Positions 1-13,300 of a DNA stretch of 52,642 nucleotides are shown in pieces. The notes beneath the pieces were generated by a model. That model made no database searches. It saw only the letters and a list, made by a program, of their open reading frames with translations, and was not told the origin of the DNA. The first letter of the stretch is position 1. Each line of letters starts with the position of its first letter. The position numbers and the translations under genes are program-made. Origin of the DNA: Perkinsus olseni (Eukaryota). The stretch spans positions 62,001 through 114,642 of the forward strand of contig JABANN010000032.1 of assembly GCA_013115125.1 (NCBI GenBank), in the 5' to 3' direction.

Positions 1-64
1 GGGTCTGGGCGTCGGTGTACTCCCTCTTCTCCCCTGTACGGAAAAGGGTGCTAGGCGTGACGGG

Positions 65-1340
65 CTCTCGACTGCTCTGCTGTCTGTGGGGTCCCGCGGC
101 CCATGGCAGCTCTTCCGCAGTGGTGCCTCTACGCCATGGCGGAAGCGCCGTTCCAGTGGTCTGCGACTGAACAGGGAAAACCTCAAGGGCACCAATCGTC
201 AAGAGCCAGCTCACCCCAGCCCGAGCCGGCGGGGCCCTCTGCTTGACCGTGATAGTCTCTCGAGGAGCCGTGATGAGCATGGGCTTGTCCAGCTCCTGCA
301 GGTACACGTCCTCGTGCTTGTGGTCTTGGTTCGCCAGGCTGGACTGCGGGGTGACGTCCAACTGAACGAGTTACGATCAAAATGATACCCATGAGCTTCG
401 CTCCGCTCTCCTACATCCTTTATTTCCTTCACTCCCTGCGTTGTCCAATCGCTATCAAGCGTATCCTTATTCCTGCGCAAGGCGGCCCTCACCACGTCGA
501 TGGCCCGATACGTCCCCACTGGCGACTGGCCGGGTAGGCCGCCAGAGCGGCCACAGACGATCACACCTGCACCACGGACCGCTGCGCAGGCTTCAGCTGA
601 CGAAAGATACTCCCCTACCCGCAGCAAGCCTTTCACGATTCTCCTGACCCTCGATCTGGACGTCACCAATTACAAGTCCCACATAGTTGGTACATAGCAT
701 GACATGGGTGATACGAACCTGGCCCCGTGATTTCGCGAAAAGTTGGTATGAACGCATGCACATGTCATCATTACCTCGCAATTATCAGTATCCATAGAAG
801 CAGGCATGGGCGTTGGGAGCACCTTCGATCCTCGAGAATCCAACGGGCGGAATACTAGCAGCTGGTCACACCTGCAGACCGACCATGCCGCTACCATTCC
901 CACGGGAGGGACTACACGCGACGAGACACGGCGATTGAACCCCCGGCGGAGCTAGTTGAAAAGAAACCTTTCACGGTGTCTCCGTCATGGCAGGAAAAAT
1001 CGTCACGCACGGTTGTGAGCCCTTTCTGAATGTGGAAAATTAGTATTCCTATTCACTGCCCTCCGCTACCCACTTCTTCTATTGTTACATTGCGCACTAC
1101 AATGCTGCATCACAACACACTCTGCGAATACCGAAGCGCTCCTCGAGGAATGCTCACCAATTCCAGGTGGGCGCCGCCCCTTCGCCCTCCGTCTCCAGAC
1201 GTTTCTTCCAGCTGGTCGTGTCAACGTGAATATCATATTGTCTGCAACAAGCACGCTTCGACCTTGGATACGTCTGAAGCCTACCTAGAAAGCCTCTGTA
1301 AAAAGTGTTTCATCGAAGTTATGCACTGCTGCTTGGCAGT
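65..1340 (-). CDS. Multi-exon hypothetical protein, 3' end runs off the window start
   Basis: Chain of AG/GT-bounded exons on the minus strand reading e.g. CDQLLVFRPLDSRGSK / VRITHVMLCTNYVGLVIGDVQIEGQENRERLAA / GVIVCGRSGG...YRAIDV / GVKEIKD / LDVTPQSSLANQDHKHEDVYLQELDKPML. No family recognised; boundaries approximate. Confidence 0.5.
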
Positions 1341-1988
1341 GTTCGAACGGCTGGCGGAAATGACAGATAACTGTCGATCGATGATCTGCCACAAACAACA
1401 ACGACACCATCACACTTCCACACGACCAACCAGCCCCGCCCACCTGTTGCTGCTGCTGCTGCTGTTGCTGGATATTACGTTGGGAATTGTCACCGCCGCT
1501 TTCCGCCTGAAATGGAGCTACATCGACAAGCGAAGAGAAATTAACAGAAATTAACGTGACCGCAGAAAAAAGCTAAAAAACCATTTTCCTCTACGAGAAG
1601 TGAGGGTTGCTGCGCGAAACTCACACCAATCGAAAGCTCTAGAAATTTATGATTCCGGTCTTTATGGGTCCGGTCGCGCTCCAATATTCAAACTTTCAAC
1701 GCACGCGATCAGCTGTAGAGACTCTCTTTGACCGGATGGTGAGCATAAGGTAGACCACTACACTACTCTCACCCGAAACTAAAAGAGCGCTAACTCAATT
1801 CCAGCGCCCCGTTCGAGGTTTTAACGGCCATAACTTGTTCAGTTCGGTTGGTTCCAAATGGAGGTGTTCGAGAGCAAGTTGGGAGAAAGCAACGTAGTTT
1901 TTACGAGAAAATCGAGAAACACAACTTCGAAGTAGTCTGGGAGAGCCCTTACAGGACATTTCAGTAAACGTAAGCCACGAACTGCGGA

Positions 1989-4900
1989 TTAGAGAGCCAC
2001 AACCCGAAAATCTCGAGCACCAGACCAGCTACCCGCTATACTAGACCAGCCGCTCCACAACGAGTCGCATCTATAGTGTTGAATTGCGCATGCTTCAGAT
2101 CGACAGAGAGACAGAATGATGACAATAATACTGGCGCCCTGTATTACCTTGGAAACCTCTAACTGGTGGAGCCTCTCCTGCATCGCCTTCATCTTCTCCT
2201 CGAACTCCTTCTCTCGTGCCTCCATCGCGGCTTGCATGGCCGCCAGGGCTGCCTCCTTACGCTCGAACTGAGACCAATAAACAAGCACTGCTGCCAACAC
2301 ACGCAGCCCAGGAGATACCACTCCTCGCCCGCATCTAGTGTCCACGCCCGGGAAGGCCACAACGATAGGAATCCGAAGGGCTGCATTGGCCGGACCCGAG
2401 CGCATCATACAGGTAAGAGTTAGTCTATTACTCGCAAGCCGAGACATAAAATACCGCACAGGTTCGATCCCGGGCTCTAGTACCGCCTGCTCTTGTTGCT
2501 CCTTTCCCGACTCTGCCTCCTTAGCAGCCTGAGCCTCTCTCTCTTCGTTCTCCTTCCGCAAGCGGTCAGCCTCCAGCTGCGACTGTCGAGCGGCCTGCAA
2601 ACAATCAAATATCGCCAATACAAAGAGTGAGGATCTTGCACCTCTTGAGCCTCCTTGAGTTTCCTCAACTCCTCGTCACGTTGCTTCTGCAGAGCTTCTT
2701 CCCTCTCCTGTCGCTCCTTCTCTTCCTGCTCTTTTTGCCTCATCATTTCTTCCTTCTCCCTCCGGACAGCTTTCTCGATCTCCATCCTGCGCTTCTCTTC
2801 TTCAGCCTTTTGAGCAGCCTCTAGTTTTCTCTTGCGTTCTTGCTCCTCCTCGCGTTTCCTCAACTCAATCTGGCGCTGTTGAGCTTCTTCCCTTTGTTTT
2901 CTCCACTGCCCTTCTCTCTCGAGTCGAGCCTTTTCCTCCTCCTGTTGCCGACGGAGCTCCTCTTCCTCCGCTTCAATTCTCTTGCGTTCCTCCTCCTCAG
3001 CCTTCTTCTTTCTCTCAGCTTCCTCTCTCTCAGCGGCCTAACAACGGCTACTGCTGACAGCAACGCTTAGGTATACCTCCAACACTGCAAACTCAGACAA
3101 ATTTCTGTGTTCTGTTATTCTCATACCTACTTTTTCTCGTTTTTAGATAGCACTACTCGATCTTCGATCTACTACCACGAGCATGCTTCGAGTAAGGAAA
3201 ATGTTCCGGAGGGCGTAATTTTGCAGAGAGGGTTAGCATCATCGAATCCGAAGAGATTCGCAAGCACGACGGTCGTGATATGTCGATGGTAATAGACGAC
3301 TCACAAAAAGAATCCTCCATCTCTCCCCTCTCACTACCTGGTGCTTAGCCAACAACTGCAACATCATCGTATCACTCGATGCCACCACCGGCAGTTGAGG
3401 GGCGCTCTAAAAAGCAACCGAGAATGGCATGTTGAAACGACGCTCACAACGACATACCTTCTCAGGCTTGGTCGCCTCCTTTTTGGCAGACGGCGCTGCC
3501 TTCTTCGCATTCTTTTTCTTCTCCCTGACCAGGAGCACTCTATTATCTAACCCCAGCACCTACGACAACTCACTTTCGACTCATCGCATGATACACTCCG
3601 CCATCAGCAGCAGCAGCTGCGTCGTCATCGTCATTGATAGGGACAGCAGGGAGAGACGCAAACAGATCTTCCGTCTCCTGCTGCTCTTCCTTCAACTGGG
3701 TATCCAGTTTCTACCAACAGAGGCAAGTCCAGAAAAGTCTACCCCTTCTCACTCCGGTTTACTACCTCGAAATCTTGCGGGCGCTCGTGAGCCTTGTTTC
3801 CGCGCAACCTCCGAGGCTTGTCACGCTGCGTTCTCATCGCACCGGGAACACTCGAGCCGGGCGATGGCTCCTCCATCGGCCACTGCCAGAAGGCATTTGC
3901 CGACGACGAGGCAGCTGCGTTGAGCTCGTCGTCGGACGACTCGCCATCATCACTGAATCACCGGCACTCAGTTCGATCCAGCCCGAAACAGTAGTGGTAT
4001 TACGCTCTGTTCCGCAACCTCCTCCCCGCCATATCTTGTTTCAATTTACGCTGAGCTCTAGCGTTATCAAAAACCTATACAACAAAATCCACCTCTACCG
4101 CAAGAGCCGTCGTCCTCTACCTGCAACAGCTGCATTCCAGTCAGTTTAACTTGTCCCTTCCGCGAGGCAGTACCGTACACCTCACTCAGCTCAGGAGACA
4201 GAGAACGCGATCGATCTGCCAACGAGCCTTCCACCGGCCTAGGGAGACGCGTCGCTGATAGTACCGTTAGATCGGGTGGGGTCGGCCCAGACTCCCGCCG
4301 GACGAGGCATCGACCCGGCCATTGTCGCTCGGGGGAATTCCGAACTCGAAGAGGGGCGGAGGTTCCCAGTGGCGGCGCGGCCTTTAGGTGCTACAGAAAA
4401 GGCGGATGGGAGATCCGGTGCTGCTCGGCTAGCGACCTCGTACCAGTCGTAAGTGGTTTGCGATGCCGCGTCAGTACGCGGCCACCATGACCTTCATCGT
4501 CACTGTACTGCTGAATTGACCTCTCCTGTGTTATGCCCAGCATGGTCGTAAGGTCCCGACCTAATGAGAGGTAATCGACCGCAACTGATACCACTCCTCC
4601 CCCTACTCGTACCGGTAATCTTCATAGGCTTGACCTTCTTAGCCCTAGGTGGTGGGGTTGTGGCCCTCGGTGGCGATGGAGTGTCCGGAGGTTGATGTGA
4701 GGAATCCTCGCCACTTGGGCTCCAAAATTCTAGATCATCGGAAGCTCTAGCTGAAAACGGGAGGCATAGCAGCGAACACCAGTGCCACCCCAAATTACCA
4801 GACATTTGCTGCTGATGGCGTTGATGAGGTTCCCTGTCGGACGAGGTGTCAACCTTGTCCTTAAGGCTAGTAGGCGGCAACGAGCCTTCAACAACAGCCA

Positions 4901-5331
4901 CAATTGTCCGGCTAATGGAATTGGCGCTCGCCCTCTTGAATCCGGCCGTAGTGAGGTACTTCCTCACTTGCGTGACACGGTCCGCCTTACGAGGGTGCTG
5001 AGGCAACAATCAAATGCTGCTGGTGCCCTCTATCTCCCCAGCGCCTTCCCGGGCGTTTTCGATCGCGAGTTACGAATGGAGCGGTACCACGGCCCAATGC
5101 CCGTAGAACTCACCTGCTCTAATAACGTGGTAACTAGCTTGGCACCAGCGGCTCCATCCAAGCCAAGCGAGCCCAGTCTGAGAGCAGCAGCTATTGATGA
5201 CCTACTCGAGTTGGCACTATCTTTTAGTACTCATCAACCATCCATTTATTAACATCAATCTGACCCTGTTGTTGCTGCTGGCCGGAGTGCGAGGCAGCAG
5301 CAGTCTCACTGGTCTTCTTATTCGCGGGCAT
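1989..5331 (-). CDS. Multi-exon low-complexity / E-K-R-rich coiled-coil protein (possibly two genes)
   Basis: Exons MPANKKTSET..., LPQHPRKADRVTQVRKYL..., KKKKNAKKAAPSAKKEATKPEK, and long charged runs (RKREEEQERKRKLEAAQKAEEEKRRMEIEK; FERKEAALAAMQAAMEAREKEFEEKMK) separated by short introns. Confidence 0.55.
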
Positions 5332-5620
5332 TATTAATAGAAAATGCGATAGAGCAAAAGAGCTACTGCACACCACCAACACTACAACGTTGTTTCTCAC
5401 CCGATAGCCCAAACTTAGCTCACTTTCATCAGTAAAAACCGCTCCGTACTAAGGCCGCCATGAAACTTTCCCGGGATGGCATTGTCTACGCAGGCCTGAG
5501 TCAAGACTCCCTCCCGACTCTTACCCATGGACAGAACGCAAAGTCGCAAACTCGTTATCGATTAGTCTGGCGCGCGCTGATGATCTACGCACGCGTGCTT
5601 GCCTTGGCCGAGGCGTTAGA

Positions 5621-6215
5621 CGGGGTGTTCAGAGAACCTATTCTGAAATTCAGAATAGATTCCAGAATGCAAAACACCAAAATCGCGTTCAGAGAACTGG
5701 CCCCGAAATGCATTCTGGAAAGTGTTCCAGAATGGATTCCGAACGCGTTCAGTAGACTTAAGATTGTATTCCGAAACGTATTCCAGAAGGCGAAATTTGG
5801 ATATGAGAAAATCGTTTTCTGAGCGAATATTTTACGGCGCGTAGCTTTTCGTGGCGCGTGAACGTTCTCCCCGACTTCATGATCCGTCCTGCCCATGGAT
5901 CGAACTCGCGGTCTTGCGGATAGGGACTGCGCACTTTACCGCTAGGCCATTCGACTGGATTTCAGCGGCGACGCCTGTCAGGGGGCCCGGCGCTTGTACG
6001 CTAGCGGACGTTGCGCATGAAACGTTTCCAGAATCCATTCTAAGAGTGCGTTCTGAGAATGCGATCCGTTGAACACGTTTCGGAATCGATTCTGGAACAT
6101 ATTCCGAGATATTTGAGAATGGAATCCTCTGAACACGATTCGAGAATCAATTCTGAGAATCGATTCTAAGAATACTTTCTGGAATTGATTCCGGCTGATT
6201 TTTCTGAACACCCCG
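5621..6215. mobile_element. Non-autonomous TIR element (MITE-like, 595 bp) with 3-bp flanking duplication AGA
   Basis: Perfect 13-bp terminal inverted repeats CGGGGTGTTCAGA (5621-5633) and TCTGAACACCCCG (6203-6215). AGA lies immediately outside both ends (5618-5620, 6216-6218). Both subterminal regions are packed with TTCCAGAA/TTCTGGAA-like motifs; no credible coding content. Confidence 0.75.
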
Positions 6216-7512
6216 AGAACCTCTAAAGCTTTACAACATATTACTGAACTTTCGGGGTGTTGGATAGTCTCAGTTGAGCCCATTCCCTATAGCGCTCTTC
6301 GAGGGAGTTTCTGATATTCTGTCCAATGGGCATGCTTCTGAAACTTTTCAGGAGTGCTCCCGGTAGAGAACTCAACCCGTGTTCAGTAAGCACGCTCTTC
6401 AGAAGCGCAGGAAGGCTTCTGGGAGCGATCCATGGCTCGCTTCGAAACGCTATTACGCATTTATGCATACAAGATGCATCAAGGGCGAATCGACCTCGGG
6501 CGTTCTCGAGTTTCAGGAGAGGTCCATTGAGCGCCTCGACTCTTTTCTATGATTTACCGTGTTAGATGTGTCTCATTTCGTCGGCACTCATAAAGACTCT
6601 TTCTTGAAGCTTTCCTGCTTGCTTATGAACAGCTGGGACTCCTAGCCTACGAAGCACTTCCTGTCAAAAATCTGACTTGAAGTGCCTTCCCTGTGCCTTG
6701 GGCCTTGCATTTGCTTGGAAGGCTTTGAATCCGGCTGTGGTTCTTTAGCAGTTTCGAGGAGCGGGTTCTTGAGGAGACCTGATTTCACTGACGGTACGCT
6801 GTCAACTGCGAAGTATGCGCGTAACGCGCAGCGCGTTCTGTGGATACCATGGTTGCGCTACTGGGCTGACACGCAGATCCTCATTGATGACTCGCGGCCA
6901 TTCATCAGAATTGACGAATTGGGGTGCTATATTCGACAACAGGCGGTTAATCGGTCCTGCCCTCCGCACGCTGAAATGCACCGGGGTAATTCGTGCCCTA
7001 CTTGAACCTTCTGTCGCTGTTTCCGCTTTGCCGCCAACCATTCGCAACTGCCGTCTGGATCGGTCGCTTACAATGCTCTATTACTTGCTGCGGGCACTTG
7101 CTGGGAATCCATCTGAGTTGCCGGAAGGAGCGAACAGGCACGAATTTCTGATTTCGAAAGTCGTCCCAGGAAACGATACGTGCTTGGAGAAGTTTGGCGC
7201 AGAGGCCTAAAACACGGATGAACTTGGGCGAAATGGCGAGAAAGTTTCGTCGAAGTCGGGTGTCGAGCCACCGAGTCCCGAGTAATTGCTAACGGTCGCC
7301 CTCCCAAGCAAGATCCGCAAACCTTGGGCGGCACCGAAAATGCCCCACGCGCGTCATTAAGTGGAGTGTATGCAGAACCCCATCCTTACATTTCTATTCC
7401 CTTGTGATTGTGGTGCTTTGAAGCACTATGGGGCGATGCTGAATTCGTAAGATTGTTCCGCTTTTGAGTAATCTGCGAGATTCATGATGCTGATTCTTGA
7501 GTTCTGAGTAAG

Positions 7513-7534
7513 ATTATAGTCTATAATTTATAGA
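7513..7534. repeat. 22-nt scar X1-7/revcomp(X)/X2-8, X=ATTATAGA (perfect)
   Basis: ATTATAG TCTATAAT TTATAGA. Confidence 0.85.
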
Positions 7535-7944
7535 TTCAAGATGCCGATTCATGACGCGTTCTGCCGGCCGACGCTGGCTCGGATTCAGAAGATTTCCCGA
7601 GAGCAATCACTCAGCTCTGCCAGCAGCCTTTTCGACTTTCTGGCGAGCTTCTGGGAGTGTTTCGACCAAAGCGCGCAGCGGTGTATGCCTAGTACGGTTG
7701 CGATGAATCAAATCTGCCACGCCCATTACTACTAACAGTGTCACTTTCACAATTGGAACGCGAAGAGGAATCGCCTTCCCGGTATCATCCTCTGTCCCAC
7801 GGCGCAAAGCTCTATGCATCATAGCCTGACTAGCTTAGAAGATACCGGTGGCTGCTATTCCTACGTCGTTCTCGAATACTTTTGTTAATGTTTTGGTTTG
7901 GTATCCATTGTTTCATTGTTAGTCTTTTCATTTGCTCTGTAGAA

Positions 7945-9708
7945 ATGCTTTCACTCACGTTGGCTCTATTGGCCTCGGCCGGTCTGAGCGCAGCGGCCCC
8001 TTCTGCTCCTCGTGATCGTCTAGATCATGACCATTGTACAGCTACTGCTGTTGATTGTGCTGCCACCGCTGACGGCGGGTGCATCGCTGCGACCAGTGCC
8101 GATGGAAGTCCTCTTGATTTCCGAATGGTACACGTCCCTCCGAAGACTTATGGGCCAGGCGAGAAGAGAGCTGTCTACAAGCAGTTTCAAAACTACCCGA
8201 GGATCGTCGATGCCTCTCGAGCCTCCAGCTACGCCCCGATCTCCCCTGACCAGAAGCCCAGTGTCCCCATCGGGTATATTGACATGCCTGAAGGGACAAC
8301 TTACGGCTACTGGGATGCCGCTTATGGTGTTATGAACGAAGCTGGTCTGTCCATGGGGGAGAGTAGTTGCAGCGGCCGTTTGAGTTCTGTTCCGAGAGGA
8401 GAGGGTCCGAACGGCAGCGGTGCCTTGTTCTGGGTCGGCGAGTTGTCTGATATCGCCCTTGAGGTTTGCTCAACCGCCAGATGTGCCATACAGACTATGG
8501 GTAAGCTCGCTGAGGAGCACGGTTTCTATGGTTCTGTTGGTGTGAAGGAGGCTGGTGAGGCTTTGACCATTGCCGATGGTACGGAGGTCTGGGTCTTCCA
8601 CATCCTGGCTGATGACACCGCCGAAGGTGCGGTGTGGGCGGCTCAAAGGGTCCCCAAGGGTCATGCGACTATCGTCCCGAACGTCTTCGTAATTCGAGAG
8701 ATCGACCCTACCGATGGTGACAACTTTATGTTCTCCGACAACATCTTCGATATCGCCTTGAGACTTGGTTGGTGGAATGGTGAGGGTCTTTTGGACTTTG
8801 CTGCCACGTACAGTGTCAGTGAGTACAACAACCCTTATTACTCCGGTCGTCGTGTGTGGAGGGGTCTCTCTCTTTTCGCCCCTTCGCTCAACCTTGACCC
8901 CACCCTTGGCGTCGAGTGGGACCATCCGACTTATCCCTTCTCAGTGGAGCCCGATGAACCCGTCACCATCGACTTCATGAAGCGTCTCTACAGAGATCAT
9001 ATGGAGGGAACTGCTTATGACTTGACTGATCATGTCGTTGCTGGCGGTCCCTTCAAGACTCCCAACAGGTATGCTGGTGGACGTGCTGAGGCTACTTTCC
9101 AGCACGGTGCTTGGGAAAGGGCAATCTCTCTTTACCGTACTATGTATTCTTACATTGCTGTTACGTACAAGGACTACAATGTTATTTATTTCGCCCCCAT
9201 GACCCCTCATGCAAGTGTCTACATTCCTATTATTGTCAAACACGATCAGACTGTCAATTCTATCCCTGCTCTCGAGTATGCTTGGCAGGGTGAGTTCAGC
9301 AAGAAGTCTCTCTGGTGGGCGACTGAGGCTGTCTCCAACGTCATGGATCTCAAGTACATGTACATGATCAATGACGTTAGGAAGGCTCAGTACGAGATCG
9401 AGCATCAAGTTGATGTGATGATGGCCACCCAAACCCCTGATGAAGTTGAGTCGCAGATGGCTGACTTCGGCGACTATGTTACCGAGAAGTGGCTCAATCT
9501 GCATTATACTCTTCTTGGGAAATATCAGAATGGTTATTCTGATTGGGGTTACACTCAGGTTGGCTATGGTCCATCAACTGAGTGGCTTCGTGCAGCTGGC
9601 TTCCAAGACTTCCAAGCCACACCTGAGCAGTTTGCTGAATTGAGACTTCGTTATAAGACCACTCAGAAGGAGGCCGATGAGATCCGTGATTCTGCATTGG
9701 GTGCATAA
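7945..9708 (+). CDS. Secreted peptidase family C69 (dipeptidase A/secernin-like Ntn hydrolase), intronless
   Basis: 587-aa ORF from the ATG at 7945 with signal peptide MLSLTLALLASAGLSAAA. Contains a candidate N-terminal nucleophile in HCTATAV, plus YGVMNEAGLSMGES, TARCAIQTMGKLAEEHG, GEALTIADGTEVW, WAAQRVP...VPNVFVI, YSGRRVWR and WERAISLYRT. A T-rich tract and AG precede the ATG. Confidence 0.9.
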   Translation: MLSLTLALLASAGLSAAAPSAPRDRLDHDHCTATAVDCAATADGGCIAATSADGSPLDFRMVHVPPKTYGPGEKRAVYKQFQNYPRIVDASRASSYAPISPDQKPSVPIGYIDMPEGTTYGYWDAAYGVMNEAGLSMGESSCSGRLSSVPRGEGPNGSGALFWVGELSDIALEVCSTARCAIQTMGKLAEEHGFYGSVGVKEAGEALTIADGTEVWVFHILADDTAEGAVWAAQRVPKGHATIVPNVFVIREIDPTDGDNFMFSDNIFDIALRLGWWNGEGLLDFAATYSVSEYNNPYYSGRRVWRGLSLFAPSLNLDPTLGVEWDHPTYPFSVEPDEPVTIDFMKRLYRDHMEGTAYDLTDHVVAGGPFKTPNRYAGGRAEATFQHGAWERAISLYRTMYSYIAVTYKDYNVIYFAPMTPHASVYIPIIVKHDQTVNSIPALEYAWQGEFSKKSLWWATEAVSNVMDLKYMYMINDVRKAQYEIEHQVDVMMATQTPDEVESQMADFGDYVTEKWLNLHYTLLGKYQNGYSDWGYTQVGYGPSTEWLRAAGFQDFQATPEQFAELRLRYKTTQKEADEIRDSALGA

Positions 9709-10333
9709 AATGATGCCCCCTTGCCTCTGTTCTCACTTGACTGTTATTTCACATTATTCGTATTGCCTGTTCTCCGGCGCTTTTACTTGTGCCGCGGAAC
9801 GAAAGGGTCGGCTGTTTGTTCGAACGATCAGTCGGCCCAGTGCGTCGAGGAGGCGCTTCTATTCTGTCATCGCTATGTTCATTGCCATTGCTTAGGCTAA
9901 CCTTTGCTAAGTAATAGGAGATGTTTCTCCAACTTATACGAAAGAGGGTTCGAGGCTTATTTCAATGGTGCGACGGGTCTGAGCGGGCTTTGGCAAATGT
10001 TTTCCCTTTGCCGAATACGTTAGCGTGAAGTCGGGCTGAAGTGTTGGGCGACGCATTGGACCGTTCGAATGATCGGTCGCCGAGCTGTTGGCGCGACAGA
10101 AGATGTTCAGAGGGCGTCGAGTGGATAGAAGCATATGCATGCACATGAGCAGTTTCCTGTTGAGAGGCGGATGGTGGCTCTCTCTGCTGATGCTTATTCC
10201 TTAACAGGGCTAGATAACGCAACCAGTATTTTGACGAAATCGTCATTATGTGCGAGCGGGCAGAACATAGAGATAGAAGTTCGCCTAGTGACAGCCCTTC
10301 AGACGTTTCGGGTTTTGATAGTTACAACGATAC

Positions 10334-13300
10334 ATGAGATACAGCATAGTTCTATTCACCCTTTGGCGCGGTGACCCGTGCGAGGGCTGGACACCGGGAA
10401 GTAGCTCTCTAAGTTGCGAGGCTGGCCCCGAAGAGTGGACTACTCTACGAAAGTCCTTCTATCGACTTTACTTCACTGAGGGTAGCAGAGAAAGCTCTAG
10501 AGAGGTCGTCGCTCTTACTGAGGAGCTGACGGAATACGCAGGCAAGCCGAACCGGGAATCTCTTCTCACGGAGCAATACCGCCTTGATCACGCCATCAGC
10601 TATTAGACCTTTGCTGCAGCCAACATGCGCGTCTCGTCGCACATGCTCTGTGTCGACTGGTCCCGATTTCCCAACCGTTATAACCTGAATAGGGGGATCA
10701 TGGAAACCGCATATAGTGGTGTAATAGGTGCGTGTCCTCTCGGTTACATCACCGCCCGGATGACCTCACTGCAGCTGGTCAACGCCCCCTCTGAAACGGA
10801 GAACACATTCGATGAAGTCGAAGACCTTCTACGTTTTATCGACAATTACAACCCTCCGGACATTGTCTCCTCCGGTTAGCCGAATAGCACTATACTGAGG
10901 CGCGATCCTCTTTGGTCAGGCTGGCCTTTCTATCGAGCTCTACGCGAGCTCCGTATGCGCTTCGCCGAGGTCTTTCAAGGTCGGCACAACACATCGGTTT
11001 GTTCTTCGTCCGCGGCAATTGCCTTCCGGGAGTATATGGAGGCGTTGTTCATTTCAAGGAGATACGTTGGTAGGTTAAACTCCGAGGGAAAGGCACTTAT
11101 CACCGCGGTCACTCAGGTCCATCGGTCGTAGCGGCTGTAAGCAGTTTCCTCCTGGAAATGGACGCCGCGTCCCTAGACGAATCCGCCTGTGGTTATCTGG
11201 TCTCTGCGGCGTATCTCGCTCTGGCCGTTGATCGCTTCCCTACCTTCGACGATCATGTGAGTCCCTTACCACGATTGACGTTCTTGGAGGCGCTGCTTGG
11301 TCTTCGCTGCCTTGCTAGGCTCCTCTCTCTAGGTTCCAGAGCTCCTCGGTATGGCATCAACTCCACCGCCGCAAGCCTCTGATTTGCTGATAGATGCCTC
11401 AAAGGAAGCGCAGTTGCTCATCCACATGCTGGGCGAGGTCGAACATGCATATTTCACTTTCCTGGTAGCACTCAATGCATGAATGCATGCCCCGGCACTT
11501 GACGCCAAAGCTCGGCATTATTTGTTGATAACCTTGTCTCTCAGTAGCTCTACTCCAACGCGCTGTATACTCCCTCGGACCCCTCTACAAGGAAAGCCGA
11601 GGCTTATGCGCGCCATATGGTGTCTGAGAGCGAGCATGGAAGGGACCACGGGGAACATCAGCAGTGGAAGAGTGGCGCTTGCTTGGGTGAGTGAACGGCA
11701 GGCCTTGTCAGCGCTAAGGAGGGCTTGCTCGAGTGACTCGAGTCGCGTCGCCATGCCCTGTTGCTGTCAGTGCCTCATGCCACTACACCGACTGGCAAGT
11801 GTAACCCTTATGCACCTATTGCTCACACTCTGAAGCGGTGGAGGTCCACGGGAATCACTCGAGATGAAGTCAGAATGGCCATGAAGCAACGAGCCGATCA
11901 GAAAACTATTCTCATCACCGTCAAGGACAATGTTCTCTACTTCAGTGTTCCAGTACATTCGCATTACTTCGGGGAGGTGAGTTTCCGAGGGGATCTTCCG
12001 TCGTCGTCAACCATTGACTCTTCACCGTCGCTCGTTTCTTCAGGTTGTTCGACACGACGAGCTGCTCTGTCTGGTCACCCATTTCCTCAAGCTCTTCTCG
12101 CTCACCTCGCTGCCTGACCTCGAACTCGCCCTCAACCACGGCGATCTCCCACAAATTAGGAAGGCCTTCAACAAGCCACCATTTCATCACTTCAATGATC
12201 GGGAAGTAAGGGGAGACTACTCAAGGACGTGCTAACCTCTGTTCAGGCCACCATACCAGTCCCGCTGTTCTCGATAGCGACGTCAGACGACTTCTGGGAC
12301 ATCCTCTTCCCGAACGTTTGTCGACCGAAGCTGGTGAACATGTCACGGGCAGATAACAACGCTGAGGAGCTATCCTGGCAAGATAGAGCCCCGAAGGCCA
12401 CGTGGCGTGGAACTGACCGTGGAGCAGTTAACTGGTTCACCGGCTTCGACCTGGACGGCTTGCATGGTAGGCCGACGTGTCTTTCTTTTCGAAGTCTCTG
12501 CGCCGTCTCTTCAGCTCGACTAGAAAGCCGCCCAATAGATCTTCTGTTCATCGAAATCGTGCAGCACCTTATTAAACTAATTGCCGTGAAGTTCGTGCCT
12601 CATTTTAATGTCGCTGGTGCTGGCGGCTCGATGGACTTTCCAGGTACCCGTTCCCTCCGGCAAATAGTAAAAGATTCGAGCTCCAGCGAGTTTGCTGATG
12701 TCAAGTTCCTCGAAGACGACCTGACCGACTCTAGCGTGGCCGCCAGCGATCCCAACTTCATCCCGATGGATCATTCAGCTCGCCAGTGGAGATATCTTCT
12801 TGACATACCAGGTAGAGCTCAGTTGATGGTTGAAGTGGCGACATGAATATTATTACGCTTGAGAACACTGGGACTTACTTGAAGCGCATTACTGAGTGCC
12901 ACTCAAGAGCGTTCTACGGTAGAACGCTTTTGAGTGGCACTTTACTGAGTAGAACTTCTACCAGGACTATTGGTCGGAGGATCATAACACAGCTTCTGAT
13001 ATCACGTGTATACATACCAGCCCGCGTGCTCGGCAGTGGCGAGTCAGCATCACCATCATAATACGAATCCTAGGTAGGGACTCTAGGAACCCCGGAATGA
13101 TTCGGGCCGAATCCTAGGCTACGAAAACGATACGAATTCTAGTTTGTCATACATCTATGCTATCAGTGAGTACTACACAGCTCTGTCGGACAGATTCCGT
13201 CCATCGTGATGCGGTGGGGCAGTACTCCTGGCATCACCTGGAGTCGGAGAATTTCGAAGTCTCTTGGGAAGATACAACCCCGCAGGGAGGCAGCGCGGAT

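Noticed and set aside
5536-5551. ACGCAAA-GT-CGCAAAC, a classic two-transversion footprint; similar short cases at 42069-42083 and near 3158
   Set aside because: Only 7-8 constrained bases, so about one or more chance hits are expected per window. Not counted.
5460-6283. ORFs of 100-120 aa over the MITE
   Set aside because: Translations of repetitive subterminal motifs on both strands with no protein signal.
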